Below, piece by piece: positions 1 to 14,422 of a DNA stretch of 64,000 nucleotides. This stretch comes from Lama glama (taxonomy: Eukaryota). The position numbers were made by a program, and so were the translations under genes. The stretch lies in contig CM052817.1 in assembly GCA_028534125.1 (NCBI GenBank), positions 78,122,001-78,186,000 on the forward strand, in the 5' to 3' direction. Position 1 is the first letter of the stretch. Each line of letters begins with the position of its first letter. The notes beneath the pieces are model-generated. The model saw nothing but the letters and a program-made list of their open reading frames with translations. It made no database searches and was not told the DNA's origin.

Positions 1-1379
1 AATATACGCATATCAGTTAATAATAATTAGATACATCAACTCACTTCAAGTTAATAAATTGAATAACATAATACAAAGTAATATATTAAATGAAGACTTT
101 ATCACTTATGAGTTTTTTTAATAGAACATTTTAGGGATTGCTGTTTTGACTTTTTTTTAATGTGCATTATAAAGATGGATTAAAAAGTCAATTATATAGT
201 GTGATTTCATACTAATATATTTGTATGTATATGGTTAATTTGTAAAGTTATACATTCTGTATATATGTTTAGGAAAATTTATTTTTCCTACTTAAAGATA
301 TACAAAATCCTATTTCATTTACAGATCTGAAAACATTTCATTGGGAACAAAGTCATTTTCAAAGTGCTATTAAACTCTATTTCTGATTACTTGCTTTTAT
401 CTCTAATACCATTTATAGCCTCATAATTCAACACAGCCATAAACCATCACCTACAGCCTATTACAAACCCACTAAAGAGGACCTGTTCCGTGGCAAAGCT
501 TCTCTTTCAATGAAGACTGGCTTCTGTTAGATAATCTCCCTATCACTCTGTATGTTGTTTTTTTGTCAAGTGTTAGAGAACTCATTTAACAAAAGGATAT
601 ATTCACTGATTTTTTCTTCAGTGTTATAGTTCATTAACATGCAGATATTCACCACATATGCTATTGGTCCAGCACAAATTGTTTATTAATGGGAGCATTT
701 GAATTTGAACCCTGAAGAGACTTGCCAAATGAGGAAAAGCTACATAGTCCCCTTATATCTTCTCTTTCATCTGCTTTGACTCAGTGCTCTTTGCTACTTT
801 ATATATTATGATATTAAATTCCTCAACATATACACTGTAGATTTGAAACAGAAACGTGAGGGAAATATCTCATTCCTCATCAAATGGACTAGCCAAGTAG
901 AAACAGGTGGGGTGACCTACTTTACATTTTGCATGGATGAAATGATTTAAAATTTATTTTTTCTTATCTCAGGGATTTGTATTCCCAAAATTGAAAACAG
1001 TTTAAAATAGGAAAAGTGTGAGCTTATTAGCACAGTAATACCCTCTAAATTCTCACTCCCTAGTGAAGGTAGAAAAGTGCTAATTAATCAATTGCTCAAT
1101 TAGGAGAGGCTCTTAAGAGCACATTTGTCCTGGGAAAATATAAGCAGCTGATGATCTGCCTTAAAAAAATAAGCACCTTAAAGGAATTATGTTCAAAGTG
1201 GTATATTTGGGGTACAAGTCTCCAGATAAAATTGTATTTATGACTGAGAGATTTACTCACTTGAAATCTTCAGTTTTGAAAACGAACTTTTTCCAATTGG
1301 GCAATGTCATACCCAGAAAAAAGAACATAGAGTTTATGCCTATTTACTTATTCATTTATTTTTAGTAATTATTTATTGA

Positions 1380-1452
1380 GTGTCTATGTACCTTCATAGA
1401 ATTTTGTGAGGATTTGATAAAGTGTGTAAAGTGTTTAGAGACTGTGACATAA
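1380..1452 (+). mobile_element. MIR SINE 3' fragment
   Basis: accttcatagaattttgtgaggatttgataaagtgtgtaaagtgtttag resembles the MIR 3' half (cctcatagggttgttgtgaggattaaatgag...aagtgcttag). Confidence 0.55.
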
Positions 1453-1539
1453 GGGAAAGAGGTAAATATCTAGACAAGTAATATTATCTAAGAAATACAT
1501 AACTTCCATTACATAAGTGTAATAATCAGCATCCCACAT

Positions 1540-1735
1540 ACTTTCTTTCTCTTTCTGGCTTACCTCACTTAGAATGACATTCTCCAGGTCCATCCATGTT
1601 GCTGCAAATGGCATTATTTTATTATTTTTTTATGACTGAGTAGTATTTCGCTGTATAAATATACCGCAGCAGTTGTCTGTTGATGAACATTTAGGTTGTT
1701 TCCATGTCTTGGTATTGTAAATATGCTGCTATGAA
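1540..1735 (-). mobile_element. L1 fragment (end of ORF2), antisense, with small internal deletion
   Basis: cttacctcacttagaatgacattctccaggtccatccatgttgctgcaaatgg...catttaggttgtttccatgtcttgg is the reverse complement of sequence closely matching 31510-31700 in this window. Confidence 0.9.
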
Positions 1736-2300
1736 GTTATATTACAATGTCTAGAAGAAAAAAGTTTAAAAAACGATAAGGGATTTTCTCTGAGTTCGTT
1801 AAAATGATGCTAATAAATGTCATGTAACCAACATCAGCCAGTTGCCCAAATGAATTACACGAAATAACAGGACCCAAAAACTACTTTTTCATAGCTGTAA
1901 CTTTTTGTAATACTCCTTAGAGTTTTAATAGAGCTAATAAAGTATCTTGACTTGAAAATCTTACTTGCCATCTCCTTTTCTCCCTTGATGTTAAGGCAAT
2001 CAATTACCAACTGGTTGTCAATAATATAACTCATAATCAATAACATAATTGAGTACTTGTCATATGTATGGTATTGCAAGTAAGTGTTTTATCCCCATTC
2101 CTGTTGTTTCTTTTCTTCACCTCTTTACTTATTTCACCCTCAGCACTAAAGTGCATTAGCAGTACCCTTATATCGAAATTGGTAGGAATTTCCTATTCTA
2201 TATGATTTTTAAGACTAATGACCTAGCATCCAGTGCATGTGAAATATGGAAAAAATGTATCAAATAGAGATCATACCCAAGTACAAAAGCAAAGAGAAGT

Positions 2301-2510
2301 AGCAAATATTAACTATTATATATAAAATAGATTTAAAAAACCAAATTTCTTTTGTATAGCACGTGGAACTATGTTCAGTATCTTGTAGTAACTTATAATG
2401 AAGAATATGAAAATGAATATATATATATATATATGAATGACTGAAGCATTATGCTGTACTCCAGCAACTGACACATTGTAACTGACTATACTTCAATTAA
2501 AAGAAAAAAA
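2301..2510 (+). mobile_element. 5'-truncated lineage-specific L1 3' UTR with A-tail
   Basis: tgtatagcacgtggaactatgttcagtatcttgtagtaac...ttgtaactgactatacttcaattaaaa; probable TSD aaaagcaaag at 2285-2294 and 2507-2516. Confidence 0.9.
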
Positions 2511-3677
2511 GCAAAGGAAAATAAATAGACATTAGCTCAGCAGGAAAACAGCACTCTGGCAAATATCAATTCACACTCCAGAATGACTGTGAATGTCTCC
2601 AGTGATGCCATGTGTGCTCCTGACATGAAGCAAGAGGTTCCTCTGCTTGGGACAGTTGATAGGAAGGGATCATGAGCCTCTGTGACAAGTTTAGCTCCAT
2701 ATACTGAGAGCCTGTTAGATCAGCACTGTGTTCTTGCTGAGGATATAAAGATTATCTATTTATATTTTAAAATACTTATAGGAAGAAAAATATTTGAAGT
2801 CCTGATAAGTTTTTTTTTCCATTTTCTCCTTTTCTTTTGTATATGATGTTATCAATAGTCTAAAATAATAACATATACACATTCAAAGCAAAACTGATTT
2901 TTAGTGTAGTGCTGACTGTGGCAAAGAGTAGAGATGGATAAACTTACCCAGCAAGAAGCAATCCTTCAGACTTATAAACAAGAGAAATATACTTTTTTAG
3001 TTGATAATACATGCTCCTTAATCATCATCCAACATTTTCATCAGCTTTTATCACATATTTAGTATACCAATTCTTCACTCAATCTAAAATGAACTCACAT
3101 CTTTGACTTTCAAGCTAATTCGCCAAAGCTAATACATACACTAAAAATAAGCTATATTGTGAGTTTACAATATTTGTATATTTGCTCACGGAATCTAGGA
3201 AATAAAGTAACATAAAGATGGTGTATAAAATAATTTGATGAATATTCAAAGTTAGATTTAAAAATTAAATATTAAGCAACAACTTTGGTCATTTGGTCAA
3301 GTTGAACTACACATGAGGCTAAATAATCACTAAATGTGATTACAGACCACTAGAGCAGAGAGTGAGAAGAGGTTGGCTGTGGATAAGAGATGCCATGTGG
3401 CTGATAAACAGATTTCCGCTTCTTTAAGCTTCTAGGAGCAAGACTGGTGTCCTAATGTGGATGGAGCTGAGCTTGCATATGGAGACAAAGTGATGTCATC
3501 TGTGAGGATCAGATCAGAAGGCTATAGGGGCATGAACCAGGGAAGATAGTAATACCTTGGACAATTGATTGGCACAGCTTCCTACAATCAGATTGCTCAT
3601 ACAGCATGACTACCTTGAAAAATGTAAACCTTCCACCACAAAAGTCAACACTTTTTGTTGATAAGATATAGTATAGT

Positions 3678-3822
3678 GCAATGATTCTCATGCTTAGAAT
3701 CACTTGGGGAGCCTTAAAAAAATACCAAAGTTTAGATCCCAAGAGGCTGTGATTTCATTGGTCAGGGGTGGGGTCCAGACATTAGTGGTTTTAAGCTCCC
3801 CTAGAGATTAGAATGTGCGAAG
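3678..3822. mobile_element. MER5-type hAT/Charlie DNA transposon remnant
   Basis: ttagaatcacttggggagccttaaaaaaatacc...gatttcattggtcaggggtggggtccagacattagtggttttaagctcccc matches the MER5A/B pattern. Confidence 0.7.
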
Positions 3823-3869
3823 TGAACAAGACTTGGATTGCTCGTTACCAGCACAAGACGTGGAGTCAT

Positions 3870-4010
3870 ACTCATGAGGTCCAATATATTCCTGCTTGGC
3901 CTCTTTCTAGCTGTGTAACCTTGGGAAAGTTAAACTTAAGTGGCTTTACCCTCTACTACTCTCTTCCTTCCTGCAGTGTGGATAAAAGAGTACCTATCCC
4001 ACGACTGATC
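3870..4010 (+). mobile_element. MIR SINE fragment
   Basis: ctagctgtgtaaccttgggaagttaaacttaa is the MIR core. Confidence 0.65.
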
Positions 4011-4067
4011 TAAAGAACTGTAAAGTCTGAATCCTATGCAATTTTGTGAGAACTCTCTTTAATTAAA

Positions 4068-4280
4068 AATAGACTGGGATTTCAAAATTGTAGAATATAT
4101 AAACAAGATTACACTGTATAGCACAGAGAAATATACACAAAATGTTATGATAAATCACAGAGAAAAAAATGTGACAATGAGTGTGTATATGTCCATGAAT
4201 GACTGAAAAATTGTGCTGAACACTGGAATTTGACACAACACTGTAAAATGACTATGAATCAATAAAAAATGTAAAAAAAA
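4068..4280 (+). mobile_element. 5'-truncated young L1 3' UTR with A-tail
   Basis: atagactgggatttcaaaattgtagaat...ggaatttgacacaacactgtaaaatgactatgaatcaataaaaaatgtaaaaaaaa aligns by eye to 31826-32035. Confidence 0.93.
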
Positions 4281-6992
4281 TTTACATAAAATCATTCATG
4301 TAAACTTATGACAGAAGCAAATTTGTGTTTAGGATGAGAAAAGACCTCCTTAATAACTGCTCATTCTTAGAAGCTGACAAATACAGAAAACTAACATAAA
4401 ATTTGTATTAATTGCCTGGCAGTCCTTTATTATATTTTCCCTTTTTCCTTTGCCTTCATATTTCTTTGATCATCTCTTCACATGGCAATAATCTTGCAAT
4501 GTCATTTTCTGTAGAGAGATTATTAAAATTTTCATTTGTTCTACAGCATGATTCATGAAAATTATTTTTTTATTATTGATAGCATAGAGAGCTTCTTATA
4601 CTACCATAACTCTTTACTGTTATTGATTGGTAAATTTTAGGATTGTTGTCATAATTGGAAATACTTCTTTCAGAGTTCTTAAAAGAGATATAAGAGTTCA
4701 GGGTATTTGAAGTTTTCGTATGTAGTAACTGTATTTTCAAATCTTTGAATAGATGACTCTTTAACTGGTTTTCTGATTTTTATATTATCTTTGTTGATGT
4801 CAGTGTTTCATACAACAACTAAGCAAAACCAGTATAGATGTGATTAGGCAAGGTTATTTAAAAGTAAAGAAGATAGAGCAAAGATGTTGTCTGGCAAAAA
4901 GTAGGGAGCAGAATTTGCAGAGTGTGGTGTTCAGCTAGGGCAACAGTGAGCAACAAGCTGAAAAAAAGTGTGGAGCCAGGATGGGGGTGAGAAGAAGTAG
5001 GGGCTGAGGTCAGGAAATCTGCCTTTGGGTTAAGGAGTCAAAGGCCTGTGAATGGATCACCAAATGTATGAAAGGTAATGACAGTATAAAAATAAGATTA
5101 TTAGCATCCTGAGTCAGACAGTCTTGAATTTTAGCTTGAGAAGCCTTGCTAAAAATAATTCCACACGGAAGTAACTTTGAACCACATAAGCATATTCAAC
5201 AGAGCCCAAAGTACTATCTAAACTTGTCCTTAGCTAGATACCAAAAATGTATGGAGCAGAAGTTTGGGGAAAAGAACTAAATTAATTTAATAAAGTAATA
5301 TGTATTTTATAGTTCTATATAATGTATATACATAGTTAATTAAGTAAATTTATTATACATTATATTGTATTATATAAATATAACTCCCAAAATTTCTATT
5401 TTATCATAAGTATATTTACTACTTAATGCATTTCCCCTTAAGTTTTATGTGTTTACATTGTCAAAGAAAGAAAAGTATTTTTTATCTTCTCATTGGAAAA
5501 GGGGGTATCGGCTTTTTTCAGGTTCACACTACATTTGAGCTTACAGAGCAGGTCTATGCTTATCACAAGGATTCCACATAGAGAACAATTCCCTGATTCT
5601 GTAATTTTCACATGCATTTGCAGTGATGTTTATGCCTCCAGTATACATGACTGGGGCATTTGATCTATCTGTACATGATTAAATTGGGCATAATAGAGGA
5701 AATCATACAACTTAAGTAGGAGGAAAGCTCTGTATAATGGCTGATATGACTTCTGCCCTCTTGGCTCAAAAGGAAAAATGTACCATTTTCTCTATGTTTT
5801 CTAAAATAGAATATTAGTTGAATAGATGCCAACTCTGTGTGTAGACATCAGTCTCAATGTAAAACCTTTACTTTGTTATTATGTTTATGCTCCCTTTTTT
5901 ATATATTGACTGTTAGCAATTAAAGCAGTCTTTGGGGCAACATTAACAAAGCGAATAAATAAGATGGGGTATCTCCACTCATTTGCATAGAAACAAATTA
6001 GCAAAAATATATGTTAAATATTTTATCTCATGAATTTACACACACATATTAGCATAATACATCTATAGAGGTCTTTCAAACTCCCTGATCCTTGGAAGAA
6101 AAAGTGTTTATTCTTCTCTTTGTTTTTGTAACTTATTCAGTGCCAAGTTTAGCAGCTCATCCAAACTGTGAAACCACACTTGAAGTCCAAAAATGTCACA
6201 AGCACTGGGATCAAATTAAGAACACGATGGGAAGCAGGATCCTTAGATGAAATCAGAAAGGTTAAGAGTCCATTTCATTGTTTAAACTTGAGATATGTGC
6301 TGCCTAATTTTCATTTGAGGTTTCCTGAATTGTTGGTAGGGAGATTATTTTCATTATCACTATGTTTTCAAGATAATGAATATAATTATATAATTATTTC
6401 CTCCTATAAGTTTTAAAACAGGAACATTTCTACACTAGAGTCCTTCAGCAAACTTTCAAAACACAGAAGCATTGTCATTTCACTTGATCAGTGACGAAGC
6501 AGGTGCTGAGAAGAGTAAAGGGTTGCTAAATACCAGAATAGCAGTTTACTTTTTAAAAAGCTGTATCATTAACTCTCAGAAATAAGGCACCAGGCTCTCT
6601 GGGCTACTTTCTCTTCTTTCTTTTTCTGTGTCTGTCCAGAGAGCACTCTGTGAATAAATTCTCTAAAAAGAGGAAGACCTTTTCATCATAGATTTTTGAG
6701 GCAATGTGGAAAGAATCAGAAAAAATTTAAGGGGCAGCTTTCCATAAGTCACTGAAGCTGCTTTACAATCTTCACAAGACTTTCCAAAAATTAAGAGGAA
6801 GTTATGTAAGTGCACTGAGACCATATAAGTCACTCTTCCTTTCCCTTCACCCCCTTTTTAAGAACTGAGATTGCAAAGAAAATTTCATCATGTAATTGAG
6901 TCTTTCTTGAATCCGAGATTTTTCCTTTACCTCTAGGCTCTTATTGTTCTTTAGTGCATATTACCTTTAAATCTCTCTTCCCCCACTCACCC

Positions 6993-7051
6993 TCACACAC
7001 ATACACAGATGCAGACACAGACACACACAGACACAGACACACACACACACA
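6993..7051. repeat. (CA)n / (CAGACA)n compound microsatellite
   Basis: Directly visible. Confidence 0.85.
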
Positions 7052-7559
7052 GCATATCATGTAAAGGAAGGGCACATGGAGATAAAACAATAGCGATCAG
7101 ATGAGGTTGAAAAAAACTTAATCTTACTCTGTGTTCTTTCCACCATATGTGATTTTTTAAAATGTAAAACTATTTAAAATTTAAAAGGAAACCCACAAAA
7201 CAGCACTAGCTTCTGAGTTAAACAGTTCCTTTACCGTTAGTGAAGATTACAGCCAAACTGAAAATGTAGATTACACTAGCAAGAAAGCGATTTCAAGTCC
7301 AGAGTGCAAAGTGAAACAGTGCAAAGTGCAGCAGACTACCTGTGAGACAACGGTGTGAACATCAGTCATAATGTGATTTAGAATCCAGAAAGTGGATTGT
7401 ATCAAGAGTTTGAAGAGAAGTTTCTACTAATGATATGATTGATGCCTGCTAGAAAGAACTGTGTGAATTCTGTTGCATTTCTCACCCATTCTAGAACCAG
7501 GTGCTGTACCTTATGTCAATGTCAGCCTTTGCTTGTCTTTCCTCGGGGCTCCTCCAGAT

Positions 7560-7860
7560 CTTTACTCCCTTGCTCCCACTTCATACATGCTTTCCATTCC
7601 TTGAGCCCATCAGAATTCCACAAGTCTTTCACAGAGGCTTTCTTGATTTTCCCTGTCTGTTTGTAATCATAATCTCCTTTGAAACTTAATGGCATTTTTG
7701 CCCTTTTCCTACACAGATCTAATGCATGGTGTAGATCTAACGACTCTCCAACCAGATAAGGTCCTTGAGGACAAGGTTGAATCATCACTATATTTTTGCT
7801 ACTCACATCTTGCTTTGTACTTAGTATGAGCTCAGCCATGGGGTATTTAAGTGAATAGAT
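7560..7860 (+). mobile_element. L2 3' end fragment (degenerate)
   Basis: ataaggtccttgaggacaagg...gtatttaagtgaataga resembles the L2 terminus (gtaagctccttgagggcaggg...tgttgaatgaa). Confidence 0.5.
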
Positions 7861-9359
7861 TTTCCAAAGCTGCAACAATTCAACTGTGCTCATAGCATCT
7901 GTTCTGTCATTAGGTAAGAGAAACATGTTTGTCAGAATACTTGCTAGTGTTAAAATACGTATAGTTCATAATTACTCTAGTTCAAAGAAAGAGTTGTGCA
8001 TGGAAGTAACAGGAATGGATAAAGGTGGGAATGGAGAATGGTGGGGATGAAGAAATTGGCAAAAGGGAGAGCAGGATCAAACTGATGGATGTGTAGTTTA
8101 GTCATGCTGGAAAAACAAGTTATAAGAGAAAAGATAATCACTTCATTTCCCTATCTCTCTTTTTTATGTTGGCTAAGCTTTCCCTGTGATTCAGGAAAGT
8201 ATTTCCTGAGTTTCTGTACCTCAGAAATCATAACTCTGTGAAGAGCTTCAGACATTTGGCTCTTAACAGTTTCGATATACCAGAGTCAGTAGATTAATTA
8301 GTGATCGAGTGTTATTAAGGCTTATTGAATATGGCCCTGATATATCTGAGTTTACTAATTCTGCACCTTTTAAAAAAATTGCCTTTATTCTGCATGTAAA
8401 ACCATATTGCTAATACAGAAGTATAACTGTGATCTCTGCCTCTAATTAACTTGTAGTTTGGGGTCGTCAGTAGTTAAATAGCAACGAGATCCAGTGAATA
8501 GTCAAACGTAAATGAATTATATGATAGAATATGTTTCTCAAGTTTGAGTGATCGAAAATATGAGTTTCTATAGCCCTACTCCCTCTTTTTGCAGAGGCAA
8601 ATGTAAGATATGCACAAATGACATGTTAAAGGGCACACAGCTAATGACAGAGTCAGAACTAGACCCAGATACCCTGAGAGGATAAAATTATCATGGGCTA
8701 TATTGATCAAAGTAGACTTCACAGAAGAAGTGGAGTCCAAACACATCTTGGAAAGTTGGGTACAAAAAAGGCAATTATAAAAGAAGCAATGCAAAATTGG
8801 GAATGACCAGATATGATCAGGGAAAAGTATGAATAACTTTTGGGTAGGAACAACAGTTTGTGTTTAATAACAGAATGTAATAAATTTGGAAATTTTAAAA
8901 ATTTTGCTGTAGAGTTAAAATTTTTCCAAGAATAATTTAAAAAATTTCTGACCAAAATAATAACATAATTAAAGTCATGTACTTCTTGAAAATAAATCTA
9001 TCTAAAATTTTGGGGGATAGTTAAGAGAGGGGAGAGAAGAGGAAAATATGGAATAATTAAAAATAATTGTAATAACACAGCTTGGAAGATGAGGGTATGT
9101 ACAAATGGATATGAGAGGGGAATACTTAGAAGAATAATTGCTCAGGAAAAATTAGCAGAAATTCTAGAGTGCTTGTAAAGGAGATTACCCCTAGAATACA
9201 TGGAAAGTAAATCAGGATGCAGTGTGGGTTTTTTTGTTTGTTTTGTTTTTATTTTTGTTTTTGAGTAAAGGAAGGAGGAGTTGATAGGTGTGTGTGGGGG
9301 GGGAGGTGGTGATAATAATAGATTCTGATGACTCTGCAGCGATCCATTGACTCCCAAAT

Positions 9360-9490
9360 CGAAATGCCCTGTAGGCAATTAGAAATGTGATACTAGAGTT
9401 CATGATAGCGGTCAAGATTAAAGAAATAGACTTGGAATTATACAAATAGAGGTGATAATTGAAACCATAAGACCTGATAAGTTTCATGTG
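9360..9490 (-). mobile_element. L2 fragment
   Basis: gtaggcaattagaaatgtgatactagagttca...aaatagacttggaattatac...gataattgaaaccata resembles antisense L2. Confidence 0.6.
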
Positions 9491-10069
9491 AAAGAGAAGG
9501 AAGGGAATTACAGACCCTATGATTATAGTCCCTTATTAAAACATTAACTTTGGTCACACTCAAAGAGAAATAGAAAATGAAAAAAAATCCATTTATTTTG
9601 TAAAGCCTGTGCTTAAATGTTTTTTTTTATTAAATTTGACCCAATTTCATACATAATACATATACATATACTTATAATTTTGATAAATGTTCCTCTGACA
9701 ACGACTGCTGTTGACACTGCTATGAGTACTACTGATTCTTAAATTAGTGCATATTGGGTAGCATACAGAATATAATATTTACATCAGAACGTTTTAAATT
9801 GTTGAAATTCATTAAATATTGTTAGGTGTTAGGACATACCATCATGGAGACAAATTTAATATGAGGTTAAATTCTAGTCAGCTCATAAGAAACATAATAC
9901 AAAAGGCAAAATTGGAGTACCTCTTAACTGGCCCAGAGTAGATATATTACGTATATGTGTGAGTGTACATACATGTATATAGAACATGATCTGAGGATAC
10001 GTGTACTCTATGTAATAGTATTAAAAATGTATGAAAAATAACTTTCATGCTAGTTTATCTTACTGGGTG

Positions 10070-10355
10070 AGTATGAATGTACTCACTAATTGAACATATA
10101 TTTATTGCATACTTAACAGAAATTGCATCCTAGTTCAGAGAGACAAACAATAAATGACATCATTAACATACGTATAAGCAAGTTAAATTGTGACAAGGAA
10201 GAAATTACAACTGGAAAGGAGATGAGGGACTGTTGGCAGGGCTGCTTTTCAAAATAGGTTCGTCAAGGAAGATTTTACTGAGAAGGCAACAATAAGGAAA
10301 GATCTGAAAGAAGTATGGGGGTGAGTCATAGTAATCTCTAGGGGAAAACATTCTT
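10070..10355 (-). mobile_element. L2 3' fragment
   Basis: aacatatatttattgcatactt...gtcaaggaagattttactgagaagg...agatctgaaagaagt is typical antisense L2. Confidence 0.6.
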
Positions 10356-11569
10356 TTAGGCCATTTCAAAAACCAGCACCTTCTCAGAGTGAAAAGAAGC
10401 CATTAGGCCTTTGGGCAGAGGAGTGATGGAATCTGACTGTAGAATCTCTCCCATGGCTGCATTGAGAACTGGTAAATACGCCATCCATGTGTTGCCACTG
10501 TGTTACACACTCCCTAGAAGTGTATGATGTGCAGAAACACAAAATGCCTTTTAGCACTATAGTTCCTAATGAGATCAAGACTAAAGCTGGCTTGGAGGTT
10601 CTAATATGTCCAGGCAGAACTGGCTGTTTGACTGTAGAATCTTTTCCAACAATGACCTGTCAAGCCATCTTTTTCCTGCAAAGGAACACAGCAGAATGAC
10701 ATCATCACCAAGCATGGTCATGAATGAATGTGGATTACTGAATAAGCACAAGCAACATGTGTCTGGGTCACTTTAAAAGAAAACCATTGATTTTATTTTA
10801 AGGGAAAGTCAGGATTAAAAAATAATAATAATGCCACCTAGCAACTTAATAAGCAAAGCCAGTATGATGATTTGGTCAAAGTGGAAAAACAACAGACCTT
10901 GTTTTCTTCATATGGCAAAATTGAATAGAGATGGACCAGATAAATTCTGTGTACTTTTTCAGTTAGTTTCCCTTCAGTGCCAGGCTTAATTTTAGCATCA
11001 TTTAGATGGGTATGCATCTCACTGGTGATCTACAAGACAGTCAAAGTGCAGTGATGGTCATCAGTAACATTACTTAGTTTTCTGGTTGGTAAACTTTGAT
11101 ACATTTTGATATGACATTCATATAACATAAAATTAATGATGTATTTTATCCTTTTTTATTTCAGTGATGTTTGAGTCATCCTAACACGTGAAAAGCCTTG
11201 AAATTTAAAAAAAAAGTTTCTCTTGTCTTATATGTGGGAAATATTTAGTGTCTGCAAAAGAACAGAACATTATGATATGAGGCAGAAATTAATCCTTTAA
11301 GTAACTTTTGTAAAAAAGTTGCTAAAAATTATAAATTTCACATTAAAGAAAAAATAGAGCACAGTGGATCTGTATAAGTGCTAAGTAATGTGAGTATTTA
11401 GAAATAAAAACCCACAGAGCCTTAGGACTCTGTGGGACCTTAGAGCCCAACCTCATGCTTGTGTGAGCAACACACTACACATTTGTACACATATACAAGG
11501 AGCATGGTTAGGCTGTTAAGATGTCAGATCAATGATACTCAGATACACATCACAAGACAGGGGTATTTC

Positions 11570-11680
11570 CTTTATTCATTCAATATACACTACTTATTGC
11601 ATGCATCCTGAGCATTAGCACTCTGCTGGTGCTGATGCTGTAAAAATCAATAAGATATGACTTCAGCTCCTTCTAGATTA
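11570..11680 (-). mobile_element. L2 extreme 3' end
   Basis: ttattcattcaatatacactacttattgcatgc...agcactctgctggtgctg...aataagatatga. Confidence 0.55.
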
Positions 11681-12149
11681 GTTCTTCAACAGCTTAAATA
11701 ATTATGTACATTAAAATATAGGAGTATCAATTATCTTCTTGGCCATGAAAATAATTATTTGATTTAGAAATAGTATATTTCTACCACTAAACTTCCAATT
11801 ACCATATACCCTAGCCCTGTAAGTAAGAAAACAAAGAATCACCCAATGAATCTGGAAATGTCTTATTGCTAAGAAAAGACATTTACATTAAAGTTTGATT
11901 TTTAACTGTGTTCTTGATAATAAATATAACAGGTTTTAACCAGTAATAGATGTTTTAAAATGAACACTCACACTCCAGTCTAGAGTTTGGATAACTTCTT
12001 CAAACATGGGAAATGAATATTTGGAGGAGTTCGGTTTATTTGTTAGGTCAGTTACTGAAATAACTTGCCCACTTTCTGCCTCATCTTGGTATTTACAGGA
12101 TCACGTAACTTCCCAGACTTCCCTTTCTCACCTTTCTAATTGCATATCG

Positions 12150-12455
12150 AAAAGGACTGCTGTGAATTTTCTACAAATATTATTCTCTCATGTCACTCCC
12201 AGGTTCAAAATTCTTACTACTGACAAACTACACTCCTCCCAAATTTGGTTCCAACAGAACTTATAACCTTGCTCCACTCCCTTACTGCTCCAACCTACTT
12301 ACTGCTCCAACCAAGCAGATTTTCCAGTTGTTTTCTAGACGTGGAACACTCATTCTTGATTCTGTCTCTACTCAAGATGAAGTCAGAGATACATTGTGCT
12401 AATATGTGGTCATGCATGGAGAAAGGAAATGCTTAAATGACCAGTATTTGCTTTT
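12150..12455 (+). mobile_element. L2 fragment (degenerate)
   Basis: ttttctacaaatattattctctcatgtcactcccaggttcaaaattctt resembles L2 (aaatctgatcatgtcactcccctgcttaaaacccttc). Confidence 0.5.
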
Positions 12456-14422
12456 AATTTGTTGCTATGGAAATGAGAGATATTGCCCCTTGATATTTAT
12501 TTATGTTCTATGTCAGTGTTGCATGAAGATAATGATTCAATTAATAACAACAAAGTTTTATGAACAGGAACAAAGCCAGAGCAATGTAGAAATAATCTCC
12601 ACAGTTAAAATAGAAATTTATCTATAACACTGACAGTCACTGAACATAGGATTGTGGAATATAAACAAAGGGAGGCTTGATTCATTCCTGTTAGCTGGGA
12701 AGACAGAAGTTATGATTCGGACATAGCATGGAGTTTCTCTCTGCACTATGTGAAAGTCAACTTTTGTCCTTACTGAAAATGCTTACCCCAAGCTTTTCTG
12801 GCCATTTAGAGCCTATCTTTCCATCATGGCCATTCGCTACCGTGTTCTCCACTTTACTCTGAACTCTGAGGGTACCTTATCCCTGGACAGGTTTGTCAGG
12901 GTGTCTGCCATGACGTCTAGCAGGAATTCCCCACCGCCTCCTAGCTCGCTGCTCTGGGAATCAGTGAGTGTACTGTGAATTCATTATACATATAGTATTA
13001 AGGTGACCATAATCCTGTTTTGACTGAAATAGACCAAGTGCATGCCTTTCATCACAATGTTCTGTTAGTTTAGCAAGATTAAAAAAAAACTTTTAACCAA
13101 ATATTACTATTGAAACTGCCTTAAAATAGACCAGGATGGGTTTGATGGACTTCTTTACCCACCCAGCTTCTACAAGGACTTGTTTAGCAAAGTACAGTTA
13201 AATCTTTAACATACCGTTAAATCTGGAAGTTGATCATAAATACATCTCTCGTTTTCCAACTTTTATCAAATTCAACGTAAGTGCAATTAATACTTCCCTT
13301 GTATGAAGAGCATGTGGGACACTTGCTATTAAAGTGAATAGCGCTCAGGTACAAACTAATTCCTGGGAGTACTAATTTCGTGCTGTCCCACTTAGCTGTG
13401 CCATTAGAGAAGCAAAAGTCAGTCCAGAAGATGAGAAACATGGAAAAGAAAAGTAAGAGGTTTGTGAACTAAGTGAGGGGTGGAGGACTTCTATGTAGCA
13501 AATAGAGAGTATGCTCACTATTTGTGGATGCCGTTTATTTACAGAGTAATCTATGTAAGTATTTAGCTATTGTGTTGTTTGTTAATTTTTTTGTTGTTCA
13601 TGAAATGCCTCAGCAACAATGATCTCAAAAAGGGAACATGTTTAGTAGAAAAATTAAGTATTGAATTTCTCTTTTTTACAAAGCTTAATTATGAACATGT
13701 AACTCATGCAGCTTACCAACACCTCACATCTATTGGGGACTATGCTAATATCCCTGACCACAGAAAAATTAGGAGATACAAATCTGCCGAAAAAATATCA
13801 GTAAATGCTTCAAAAGTTAGTAGTTCTTTCTAAAACACTGTGCCCAAAGAGAACTATTCAACATGGTCAGACAAAGAAAGTGCTTTTATATATCATTTGG
13901 TGGAACATTTTAATCTTTTCCATATAGAACAAATGACAATTCTTCTAAGTAAATTCCATGTCTTTTTTCATTACAAGTTTTTTTGTGCATATATAAAATG
14001 TGAAGCAATAGTTAATAGTTGTCTCTAGTAATAGGAGAACGTGCCAAACATAAATATCAGTTTTCTATCAGTATCTTCAGATACTACAAAGAGAAAATTA
14101 AGTCCAACCATGGTTCAATTACTTTTAACCCAATTCTTAACAATCAAAGCAAAATTTTGGAAGATTATTCTGTTTAGCTAAACAATCTGACATAACTGTG
14201 CATTCAACCAACTTGCTCAATTTTGAAGAAAATAAAATGTGCTTTGCTGTGAGCATACAAATTCACATTTGGATGGAGTACAGTGTCATGGAAAAAACAA
14301 TGTTCTGCTACATTAAGAAACAAGTGGACAAGAATATGCTTGAGATTGGTTATGATGCACATATAGTTTATACTTGCATCCACTACAGCTGAGATATTCT
14401 ACTGATCAAAATAGAAGTTGAA

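Noticed and set aside
7522..7926. 134-aa minus-strand ORF
   Set aside because: Overlaps a decayed L2 remnant; no recognisable homology.
11411..11436. 9-bp stem cccacagag...ctctgtggg
   Set aside because: Short, overlaps a MIR-like remnant, not long enough for a pre-miRNA.
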